Assembly: GCA_964450845.1 (NCBI GenBank)
Contig: CAYVGZ010000023.1
Span: forward strand, 1 to 19,287
Length of the DNA stretch: 19,287 nucleotides
Direction: 5' to 3'
Source: an uncultured Candidatus Bathyarchaeia archaeon
GTDB lineage: Archaea > Thermoproteota > Bathyarchaeia > Bathyarchaeales > Bathycorpusculaceae
The notes under the pieces are model-generated. The model did not search any database. It saw only the letters and a program-made list of their open reading frames with translations, and was not told the origin of the DNA. This document shows positions 1-7,728 of this stretch, in pieces. Every line of letters begins with the position of its first letter. Within the stretch, counting starts at the first letter, position 1. The position numbers and the translations under genes are program-made.

Positions 1-8
1 GACATAAG

Positions 9-1247
9 GTGACTGGCTCAACTATAGATCATTTGGTTTCCCTCTTGGTTTTCTTAGGGGCAATACTGCTTTTTATAGGACTCTTTAATCAGACAATTCA
101 AGCAGCAATTTTGTATCAACGTCACAGAGCCCTTGCAACTAAATGTAGTGATTTGCTTGATAACATGTTACTGAATCCAGGGATTCCGTTTGATTGGGGA
201 AAGAGCAGCTGCATTCCAACTGGTTTTGGATTGCAGGATCCAGAATTCGTTCAGTATAGACTAAGCTCATTCTCGTTGATGCGATTGCTTTCTTCTTCTG
301 GAGACAGAGTTTACTACAATCAAACAGGAAAATGGTATAGCAATGTATCATGGGGAACTGGTGGCGGATACTTACTTTTGCCAGAAAGTGAATGCATCAA
401 TTATTCAACTGTATCAAAGCTTTTAGGAACAAACGGAACATATGGATTTCAACTAACAGTCATGCCTACCTTAAAAGTGGATGTAACGGAAGTTCAAACG
501 AATCCGTTAAAACTTGAAATTCGAGTTGAAGGACCCGGAAGTCCGCTTAGTGGTGCAAATTTAACCTATCTAATGTTTTGGGCGAACACGGTAACCCCAG
601 ACGGCATCCCCATTTTGAACTTTACTTCAGGCAGTCTCCAAGCAGATTTATCAGGCATAGCCTACAAGGAGTTTTCATCTAACCCGTACTTAAGAGTTGA
701 TAGCAACAGGACCGCCTATACTTTTATTGTTAAGGCATATATTGGAGGACTTTACGGTGTTGGTTATAAGTCGAGAGAAACCATAACAAGCGCTGGAAAC
801 ATCATACCCTTTGTTGAAAGCTACGAAGACGGAACAATCCTTCTTGCTCACAAATGGGGCAAAAACGACCCAGGAGAAGAATGTCAAGGGGCGCTACATT
901 TTAATTCAACATTTTATGTTTTACCAGAAAGCTTTTCACCAATACAATATGAAATACAGAATTCTTCAGGGCTTGTAAATTATGGCCAAGGAAAACCTTA
1001 TCATCGTATAACTATTCCCACATCCTACGCAGGTTTTCTGGTAGTAGGTTACCGTAAAGGAAACGAGTTTGGTATGGTGGTTATGCCTTGGGGAATCGGC
1101 ACTATTGGAGTTTCTGTAGTTTTTGGAGATGACCCTAGTGGTAAGGAGTGGGTTGCAACTGATATCCGCCAAGTTCTAGTTAACAACATCGCCTATCAAG
1201 CCAAGCTGGCATTGTGGAGTTACGAGGGCTATCAGGTGATTGGTTAA
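9..1247 (+). CDS. Large pilin-like, N-terminally anchored surface protein (putative minor pilin), 412 aa
   Basis: GTG start at the window edge, so the 5' end is not fully verifiable. N-terminus GSTIDHLVSLLVFLGAILLFIGLF has a short polar stretch with an acidic residue, then a hydrophobic helix. It also has PxxW (PFDW) after the helix, a C-terminal beta-strand signature (YQAKLALW) and 10 N-x-S/T sequons. It is tightly coupled to other pilin-like genes. Confidence 0.7.
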   Translation: MTGSTIDHLVSLLVFLGAILLFIGLFNQTIQAAILYQRHRALATKCSDLLDNMLLNPGIPFDWGKSSCIPTGFGLQDPEFVQYRLSSFSLMRLLSSSGDRVYYNQTGKWYSNVSWGTGGGYLLLPESECINYSTVSKLLGTNGTYGFQLTVMPTLKVDVTEVQTNPLKLEIRVEGPGSPLSGANLTYLMFWANTVTPDGIPILNFTSGSLQADLSGIAYKEFSSNPYLRVDSNRTAYTFIVKAYIGGLYGVGYKSRETITSAGNIIPFVESYEDGTILLAHKWGKNDPGEECQGALHFNSTFYVLPESFSPIQYEIQNSSGLVNYGQGKPYHRITIPTSYAGFLVVGYRKGNEFGMVVMPWGIGTIGVSVVFGDDPSGKEWVATDIRQVLVNNIAYQAKLALWSYEGYQVIG

Positions 1248-1248
1248 A

Positions 1249-2547
1249 ATGATGCGGACAATTGAAGTATTCCTCGTAATAATCATCATCACCACAGCCT
1301 TCATAATATCCTCCTTATACGCTGTTCTATCCCAACCCCGGCAAGTTTCACCGCTGAATCTTAGAAGACTCGCATTAACAACTCTTCAAACGTTAGATGT
1401 TGATTATGATTTAAGTGAAACCGTGTTTAAATCGCCGAGTGACCTAGCTTGGGGCAATCTTCAGATAGCCCTTTCTGCTTGCTTGCCGCCAAGCATAGTT
1501 TACAACTTGACAGTTTACGAAGTGTTAAGTGGCGGAACACAGCTTTACACTTTTATACACTCTATTTCTAACGCTGAAAGTTTGGGTGTAAGCTCCGACG
1601 CTTCCTCTTATCTGGTTGCTTCTTCCAACGTGACTTTTAGCATAGTTCCGGAGAAAATTGGAGAACACGGAGGTGGAGGAACATTGTATATATTGAATTG
1701 TAGCGACGCAAACGGATGGTGGATTACTGGATATACAAGCCAAAGCCTTGCAGAAGACCTTTACAACCTACTCTCACCATACTTCATAAGCACAATAATG
1801 GTGCAAAACACGACACAGCTCGCACAAATACTAAACGGCACATCAATACAAGGGGAAACATTGCGAAATGCCACAGTCATAAACACTGTTGGAGAAGCGG
1901 TACCAATACCAGCAGGATACTATGCAAGCCTAGGTGTTGGGTATGACGGCTCTTCTTACGCTAGATATTGCCACACTTTAGGGCAGAGGGTGAGACAGTA
2001 CAATTGGACTTGGGTAAGTATAGTTGGTTATCCAATATATTATGTCAGTAACACTGGTCTATTTTCAACCGAGCAAAACACGTGGGGCATCTACGGAATG
2101 AGGCATGTCGGACCACCAGGGTTAAACGCCTTCCTTCAAGGTCTAGATAACCAAGCATATTGGTACAATGATGATTGGATTACAGGAGAGCCTGGCGTTG
2201 TGTACCTTTCGTCTGAAGCCTTGTACTACTGCAACTATTACGGTATCTATCCTTCCCCGTATCAAACATCTACAAGAGCCTTGCCAGATTCAATATTAAA
2301 CACGTATCATCTAACAGTAACTTCCTACATCTTCAACACGGTTAACCACTGGAATGCGGGTGCGGTTTACAAGAGCAGATATTCTGGTCTGCTTCTTGCA
2401 TTGGGCTTGACTAGAACTCCAGATATTAGGCTCACGGGTCTTGGGCTTTTATGTGCCTTCAAGCCGAGACTTTACAGGTCAGAATACACTGCTTCTGGCA
2501 CTTCTAGGCTTGTTGTTTTGCAGCTTGGGCAAGTAGGAGGCGCCTAG
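1249..2547 (+). CDS. Pilin-like membrane-anchored protein with a large central domain (putative minor pilin)
   Basis: The ORF track starts at TTG 1240. I prefer ATG 1249, which follows an AGGTGA RBS at 1234-1239 and lies 1 nt after the upstream stop. N-terminus MMRTIEVFLVIIIITTAFII resembles the archaeal xxRT[IL]E-hydrophobic pilin-like N-terminus. C-terminal strand RLVVLQLG; 7 sequons. Confidence 0.7.
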   Translation: MMRTIEVFLVIIIITTAFIISSLYAVLSQPRQVSPLNLRRLALTTLQTLDVDYDLSETVFKSPSDLAWGNLQIALSACLPPSIVYNLTVYEVLSGGTQLYTFIHSISNAESLGVSSDASSYLVASSNVTFSIVPEKIGEHGGGGTLYILNCSDANGWWITGYTSQSLAEDLYNLLSPYFISTIMVQNTTQLAQILNGTSIQGETLRNATVINTVGEAVPIPAGYYASLGVGYDGSSYARYCHTLGQRVRQYNWTWVSIVGYPIYYVSNTGLFSTEQNTWGIYGMRHVGPPGLNAFLQGLDNQAYWYNDDWITGEPGVVYLSSEALYYCNYYGIYPSPYQTSTRALPDSILNTYHLTVTSYIFNTVNHWNAGAVYKSRYSGLLLALGLTRTPDIRLTGLGLLCAFKPRLYRSEYTASGTSRLVVLQLGQVGGA

Positions 2548-2548
2548 T

Positions 2549-4933
2549 TTGAACAATAAAGGTCAATTCTCGATTATTGCGGCTTTGCTTGTTGCTGTAA
2601 TCCTCATCTCAACTGTCATAGTCACCTATTCTACAATACGTAACAGCACAATACAAAGTCAACCGCAAATTCTAAGTGCAATAGACGAAACCAACTTCGC
2701 TATAAAACAGATTTTGGGTTTCACGGTAGGCTATTATGGCTCAGTTTTGAAAGTTACAGGAAACTCGTCATACGCAAAAATGCTTGCCTTTAATTATCTC
2801 TACAGTGGATTAGAAAACATGGCAAACATGCATCCTGAATGGGGAACATCATTTGAAGTGAACGAAGCAGAAACAGACCTTAGCACATACTGGTATACAA
2901 AAATAAGTTACAGCACAGGAAACCTAGCTGTAAACTACAGTTTAACGGGACTCGGAATTTATGGAATAACTTACCAAACTTCATGCAAACTAAGCATACA
3001 AATTATAGAAACTAACTCAACGACTCAAGCATGCTTAAACGTAACCAAAGATGAAAATGAACCACTCATAAACCTTGGAAAACAGAACTTCAAATTTTAC
3101 TGCTACAATTATGAGAATTCAACATGGCAACTAATAAGTCCAAGTACAGATCCAGTAGCCTTCGCAAACGGCACATATCTAATTGACATCCCATCTGGAG
3201 TAGATCCATACGCTTACATTATTCAAGTGGAGGATTCAAGAGGCATAATAGTATCGGCTTCATCATTCAGCCGCTACACATGCACATTAGAATGGAACTC
3301 CACGTTATATGCTGCAACTGGCGCAACCAACAGTACGCTGATTAATCAAGAATCTTTTGAGGGAAGCTGGCCTCCATCTGGGTGGACTGAAACTGGAAAT
3401 TGGTATAGAGAGAATAACCAACACTATGATGGAATGTATTCGGCAGATTTTGATGGGAGCGGGTCGGGTGCCTCAGGGTATTTAACGACTTACTACCTTA
3501 ATTGTTATGGCGTGAATTCAATTTATGTGGATTTCTGGCATAGAGATGAAGGATGCGATGCTGGCGAATTTTCGCTTCAATATTACGATGGCACTACGTG
3601 GAACAACATTGATGATTTGGGAGCAACAGCCCCTGAAAACCAGTGGCTTCACTATCAACAAGTAATAACGGACACTCAGTATTTTAAGTCGAACTTTAGA
3701 ATCCGCTGGTACGCCAATGACATTGAGGACAATGAGCATGCTTATGTTGACTATGTAACAGTGACGAAAGAAGTGAGCACATCGGTGCAAGACGCAACAA
3801 TCGTTGTAGAACTACAGCAAAACGGCACAATGAGGTGGCTAGGAGAAAACCTAGAATTGACAACACAAGGCAAGCCTATTCCTCCAATTCCAATAAAAGC
3901 AATTCACATCAACCAAACAGCAGCAGGCTTAAACCGTGAAGTGCCATTCCAAATAGAAGACTGGGCATCAGACTACAAAATCCCATTAGGCTTAACCAAC
4001 AACGCAAGCGTCTTCAGCAGCAGAACTATGCTAGTTTTCCTAGTAAACTCAAAAGTTTCAAAAGTTACAATCTGGTGGAACGGAAGCGACACAGCAGAAC
4101 AAACACCATACGCTTACACTAACCAATACTTCACTGGAGACGACCCTGATGATGGAACACTAACAAACGGCATACTAACACTAGAATTTGGAAGCGGATT
4201 CACTTTAACATCAACCATAGGAGCCTCCACATGCACAGCAAAGTTCATGCGAATCAGCGATGAAGCGAGTGTTTACGGAGCAAGTCCAGCATACGTGATT
4301 CAACAAGGAATAATAAGAGACATAGTTCACCAAGAGGCAGAGTGGGACGATGGTGCTTATAATTGCCCAAATCTTTACGCACATATCGTAATAACTTTGC
4401 CAGCCAATGCTTCTTACTACACATACCAGTTGAGATTAATGTTTATAAACTCAGAGCAAGACAGAACCATCACCGAATTATGTCCCATTGAAATAACCCC
4501 CTCAGGTTCAGGTGGTCAACAACAAACTGAAGACGGAACAGTAGGTGGCTATCCAACAGTTTCAACCTCGACTGGCACATTCTATAACTCCTCAACATCA
4601 ACTTGGGAGCACCACTGGAGCCAATATATGTCAGGAACAAAAGGAGCAGGAATCATGTTTACAGACGACGCCAACAAAATGCTCTACGCTTTCGACACAA
4701 TCGCCGGAAGCAAAACAGGAGCCATTAGGGTGAACACTGATAGAAGCATCGAACTTCTTCCAGTAGTAATGTCTCAAGTGCAATTCAACTACGCACTAGA
4801 CGTAGCGTGGTATGGCGCAGTAGTGACATTTGATACATCAACACCAATCTACGAAGTCGCAAGCGGCAAACAAACAGGTTTATGGATAACCGTTGAACAT
4901 CCACCAACAATCACAGTAACCACAGAAAGCTAA
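2549..4933 (+). CDS. Large class III signal peptide protein (pilin-like adhesin), 794 aa, with an internal jelly-roll/lectin-like module
   Basis: TTG start with AGGAGG RBS at 2535-2540. MNNKG|QFSIIAALLVAVILISTVIVTY is a canonical prepilin peptidase site followed by a hydrophobic helix. 15 sequons. The module at about 3341-3772 (ESFEGSWPPSGW...W...YVDYVTV) resembles MAM/cleaved-adhesin-type beta-sandwiches. Confidence 0.8.
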   Translation: MNNKGQFSIIAALLVAVILISTVIVTYSTIRNSTIQSQPQILSAIDETNFAIKQILGFTVGYYGSVLKVTGNSSYAKMLAFNYLYSGLENMANMHPEWGTSFEVNEAETDLSTYWYTKISYSTGNLAVNYSLTGLGIYGITYQTSCKLSIQIIETNSTTQACLNVTKDENEPLINLGKQNFKFYCYNYENSTWQLISPSTDPVAFANGTYLIDIPSGVDPYAYIIQVEDSRGIIVSASSFSRYTCTLEWNSTLYAATGATNSTLINQESFEGSWPPSGWTETGNWYRENNQHYDGMYSADFDGSGSGASGYLTTYYLNCYGVNSIYVDFWHRDEGCDAGEFSLQYYDGTTWNNIDDLGATAPENQWLHYQQVITDTQYFKSNFRIRWYANDIEDNEHAYVDYVTVTKEVSTSVQDATIVVELQQNGTMRWLGENLELTTQGKPIPPIPIKAIHINQTAAGLNREVPFQIEDWASDYKIPLGLTNNASVFSSRTMLVFLVNSKVSKVTIWWNGSDTAEQTPYAYTNQYFTGDDPDDGTLTNGILTLEFGSGFTLTSTIGASTCTAKFMRISDEASVYGASPAYVIQQGIIRDIVHQEAEWDDGAYNCPNLYAHIVITLPANASYYTYQLRLMFINSEQDRTITELCPIEITPSGSGGQQQTEDGTVGGYPTVSTSTGTFYNSSTSTWEHHWSQYMSGTKGAGIMFTDDANKMLYAFDTIAGSKTGAIRVNTDRSIELLPVVMSQVQFNYALDVAWYGAVVTFDTSTPIYEVASGKQTGLWITVEHPPTITVTTES

Positions 4934-4960
4934 CTCAAACAACAACTACAACCAATTAGT

Positions 4961-5005
4961 CTATAAATAGAGGGGCTCTAAGCTGTTACACGCACACACA
5001 AACAC
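4961..5005 (+). repeat. Copy 1 of a dispersed polar intergenic repeat (ctataaatagaggggctctaagctgttacacgcacacacaaacac)
   Basis: The 24-nt core gctgttacacgcacacacaaacac (4982-5005) matches the reverse complement of 10401-10424 at 23/24 positions. The left half resembles 15821-15846. Confidence 0.85.
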
Positions 5006-5043
5006 AACACCCAAACAAGCCCACAGTTACTCGAAATGTAGAT

Positions 5044-5102
5044 TACAAGTTCATACAAGTTAAATAAGTAAAAAGAAAATGTCCTAAACAACAAAAAGGT
5101 GA
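5044..5102 (+). promoter_or_regulatory. Putative pilin promoter: tandem TACAAGTT repeats, TATA-like ttaaata, RBS AGGTGA
   Basis: tacaagtt at 5044-5051 and 5054-5061; ttaaata at 5060-5066; aggtga at 5097-5102, 4 nt before ATG 5107. Confidence 0.5.
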
Positions 5103-5106
5103 AGAC

Positions 5107-5532
5107 ATGCCAACCAAAAACATATTAAAAACTAAAAAAGCCATCTCACCAATACTTGCCACACTACTATTAATCGTAATAGCAGTCGCTGCAATAGTCG
5201 TTACATACGCTTGGGTAATGACATACATGAGCAGCGCAGGACAACAAGCAGGAGTAAGGCTCCAAAAAGATTCGGAATTTTGCCTATGGCAGACAGGCAA
5301 CATTACCATATACATCAGAAACGCGGGAATTTCCGACGCTGAAATTGACAAAGTCTACATAAATTCCGAACCACAAACTTTTACATGTGATCCGCCCTCA
5401 AAAATTGTCGACAAAGACGGAGGAACCATCACCATCGTAGTTAATTACGATTGGCAAACAGACACACTATATAACTTCCACATATCCCCGAAACTCGGCG
5501 AACCTTTAGATTTTAACGAAGCACCGCCTTAA
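5107..5532 (+). CDS. Archaeal type IV pilin (archaellin/pilin N-terminal domain), probable major pilin, 141 aa
   Basis: Basic leader ending KKA|ISPILATLLLIVIAVAAIVVTYAW, the canonical archaeal class III signal peptide. The C-terminal part is a small beta-rich domain (IYIRNAG...IDKVYIN). Confidence 0.92.
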   Translation: MPTKNILKTKKAISPILATLLLIVIAVAAIVVTYAWVMTYMSSAGQQAGVRLQKDSEFCLWQTGNITIYIRNAGISDAEIDKVYINSEPQTFTCDPPSKIVDKDGGTITIVVNYDWQTDTLYNFHISPKLGEPLDFNEAPP

Positions 5533-5645
5533 CCATGAACCTTATAACACACCAGTCTCTCTATCATTAAGCTTTTTGCTTTGAAAACTATTTCTAGTTC
5601 TTCCGTCAACAGAACTTCTATCAAAGAAGACTTGGAGGTCATTAG

Positions 5646-6458
5646 ATGAATGAAATATTGGAAGGCGCTCGCATCTCTCTATGTCTTTCCTTTCTCATAT
5701 ACGCTTCTTGGAGCGACTATAAAACTCGTGAAGTAAGCAACATAGTTTGGATGTTATTCGCACCACTAGCTTTTACGTTAACCTTTCTTGAAATTTACAC
5801 AAGCAACGGGTTTTCACAACTGCCTTATTACGGAATATGTTTCAGTTTAACCGCAACCTTCGCCGTAATACTTTTCTACTCCGGAGGTTTCGGAGGCGCC
5901 GACTCAAAAGCCCTAATGTGCCTCGCGCTTGCCTTGCCATTCTTTCCAGAAAGCTTGTTTAAGCCCCTATCAGGGGAAATTTCACAAATTTCAAAGTTCT
6001 TTTTCCCAATAACTGTTTTCAGCAACTCTGTCTTACTGGCAGCGGCAACAGCAGCCTACATGTTTTTACACAACGTGTTTTGGTATAAAAGAAGGGGCAG
6101 AAAACTCTTCGAAGAAAGATATCAAAACGAATCTTTAGGAAAAAAAATTCTCATCCTAATAACAGGCTACAAAGTTTCCACCAGCAAACTGAAGGAAAAA
6201 TGGCATTTATATCCACTAGAGGACACAGAAGAAAACCCTGAAAATGGGTTTAAAAGAAAACTTGTTCTAATACCAAAAGATGAAGGCAGAAACGCCATAG
6301 TTGAGAGATTAACCAAGGCTGTTGAGGCTGGAAAGATTCAGGACGCAGTTTGGGCAACGCCAGGCTTACCCATGCTCATCTTCATCACGGCAGGTTTAAT
6401 CATAGCCTTATTCTTCGGCGACATTGTTTGGACTTGCGTTCGCCTATTGCTTAGATAA
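5646..6458 (+). CDS. pibD: Prepilin/preflagellin peptidase, family A24 (PibD/FlaK-like)
   Basis: First catalytic Asp in ASWSDYKTREV, second in GGFGGADSKAL, and C-terminal VWATPGLPMLIFITAG typical of archaeal A24 peptidases. Multiple TM helices, GGAGG RBS at 5634-5638, adjacent to the pilin. Confidence 0.9.
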   Translation: MNEILEGARISLCLSFLIYASWSDYKTREVSNIVWMLFAPLAFTLTFLEIYTSNGFSQLPYYGICFSLTATFAVILFYSGGFGGADSKALMCLALALPFFPESLFKPLSGEISQISKFFFPITVFSNSVLLAAATAAYMFLHNVFWYKRRGRKLFEERYQNESLGKKILILITGYKVSTSKLKEKWHLYPLEDTEENPENGFKRKLVLIPKDEGRNAIVERLTKAVEAGKIQDAVWATPGLPMLIFITAGLIIALFFGDIVWTCVRLLLR

Positions 6459-6495
6459 AAACGTTATCTACATTCAGCACCTATCATGTTTTCAG

Positions 6496-7608
6496 GTGAA
6501 TAGAGATTTGCTTAGTAACTTTCTCGAAGAACTGCTGACCTTTCTGAAAAGCGACGTTGAAGAAGCTAATGTAGTGGTCATGCCTGACTTTTTCCTTGAC
6601 CGCCTAATAAACCTAAACTATGATGTGAAGAATTTTTCTGAAACCCTCGGAAATTTAGCTAAAAGAAAGGGTGGTAGCATAGACAAAGTAGAACAAACGG
6701 AGCTTAGAGGAGGAAACGCAATAAACACAGCCTCTGCCCTAGCTGCTTTAGACGTAAAAGTCACTCCAATAGTGTGCACAAGCAAGTTGGGACTACAACT
6801 TATGAAATATTACCTCAAGCCTTTGGCGATTGACTTTTCCCACATTAAAGTCTTCAAGAAGTTATCGATAACAACAGCAATGGAACTTACAACTGAAAAT
6901 GGAAAAGTCAACATCATGCTAAGAGACGTCGGAGCACTAGCCAATTTTGGACCGCATAACCTAAATAGTGACGATTTTGAAGCAATCAAGAATGCAGATT
7001 ACGTTTGTGTTTTTAATTGGACTGGAACAAGAAGCTTTGGAACAGAATTGGCTAAAAGTGTTTTTCACCACGTAAAAACAAGTGGAAAAGGCAAAACATA
7101 CTACGACACAGCAGATCCTATGCCTAATAAAAGAAAGATTCCCGAATTAGTGAAGAGCGTTTTGCAGGGCAAACACGTAGATATTTTAAGCATAAATGAG
7201 AATGAAGCGATTTGCTATGCATCGCAACTAAGTAGCGAAATAGAAGAATTCAGAAAAAGATTAAGGTTTGAAGAGCTAGCAAAAGAATCAGCGAGAATTT
7301 TGGCATCGCATCTATCAGCAAGAGTTGACTTGCACACGACAAGCTTTTCGGCGACATTCACAAAAAAAGGCGAAACGGTTGTTCCAGCCTTCAAAGTTCC
7401 AATCTTAAGGGCAACAGGAGCTGGCGACGCTTGGAACGCTGGAAACATTTTAGGAGACGCCTACAGATTTTCTGACAGTGATAGGCTGACATTAGCCAAC
7501 GCTGTTGCAGCCTATTACATCTCTGACACGAATGGAATGCATCCTACACGAAAACAGCTAATAAAATTCTGTGAAAAGGTGAAGCGAAAAACTGCTTTTT
7601 CTCGCTAA
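6496..7608 (+). CDS. PfkB/ribokinase-family carbohydrate or nucleoside kinase
   Basis: GGNAINTASALAAL (signature 1-like), INENEA, and anion-hole motif TGAGDAWNAG. The track start at 6424 overlaps the peptidase gene. GTG 6496, or TTG 6508 after AGGTGA, is more likely. Substrate unknown. Confidence 0.85.
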   Translation: MNRDLLSNFLEELLTFLKSDVEEANVVVMPDFFLDRLINLNYDVKNFSETLGNLAKRKGGSIDKVEQTELRGGNAINTASALAALDVKVTPIVCTSKLGLQLMKYYLKPLAIDFSHIKVFKKLSITTAMELTTENGKVNIMLRDVGALANFGPHNLNSDDFEAIKNADYVCVFNWTGTRSFGTELAKSVFHHVKTSGKGKTYYDTADPMPNKRKIPELVKSVLQGKHVDILSINENEAICYASQLSSEIEEFRKRLRFEELAKESARILASHLSARVDLHTTSFSATFTKKGETVVPAFKVPILRATGAGDAWNAGNILGDAYRFSDSDRLTLANAVAAYYISDTNGMHPTRKQLIKFCEKVKRKTAFSR

Positions 7609-7631
7609 TGTTTCTTGTGTTTTAATTTCTT
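7609..7631 (+). terminator. T-rich putative archaeal terminator after the kinase gene
   Basis: tgtttcttgtgttttaatttctt directly follows the stop codon. Confidence 0.4.
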
Positions 7632-7640
7632 CCGCACAAA

Positions 7641-7659
7641 TGCGTGTAACAGCGTCCCC
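7641..7659 (-). repeat. Partial copy 2 of the dispersed polar repeat
   Basis: The reverse complement reads ggggacgctgttacacgca. The 13-nt gctgttacacgca is identical to 4982-4994 and is again preceded by GGGG. Confidence 0.7.
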
Positions 7660-7728
7660 GAATTCTACAAGTTTTGCTTTGCATAATTATTTAAATACAT
7701 TCTCCACTTTAACCATGGAGACTGGTGT

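Noticed and set aside
2549-4933. Diversity-generating retroelement acting on the adhesin
   Set aside because: I saw no reverse transcriptase and no template/variable repeat pair with adenine-specific mismatches in the window.
5595-5615. Small hairpin agttct-N9-agaact between the pilin and peptidase genes
   Set aside because: A 6-bp AT-rich stem is expected by chance.
6424-6495. Longer N-terminus of the PfkB kinase
   Set aside because: It overlaps the peptidase 3' end and looks non-protein-like. Better starts exist at 6496 and 6508.
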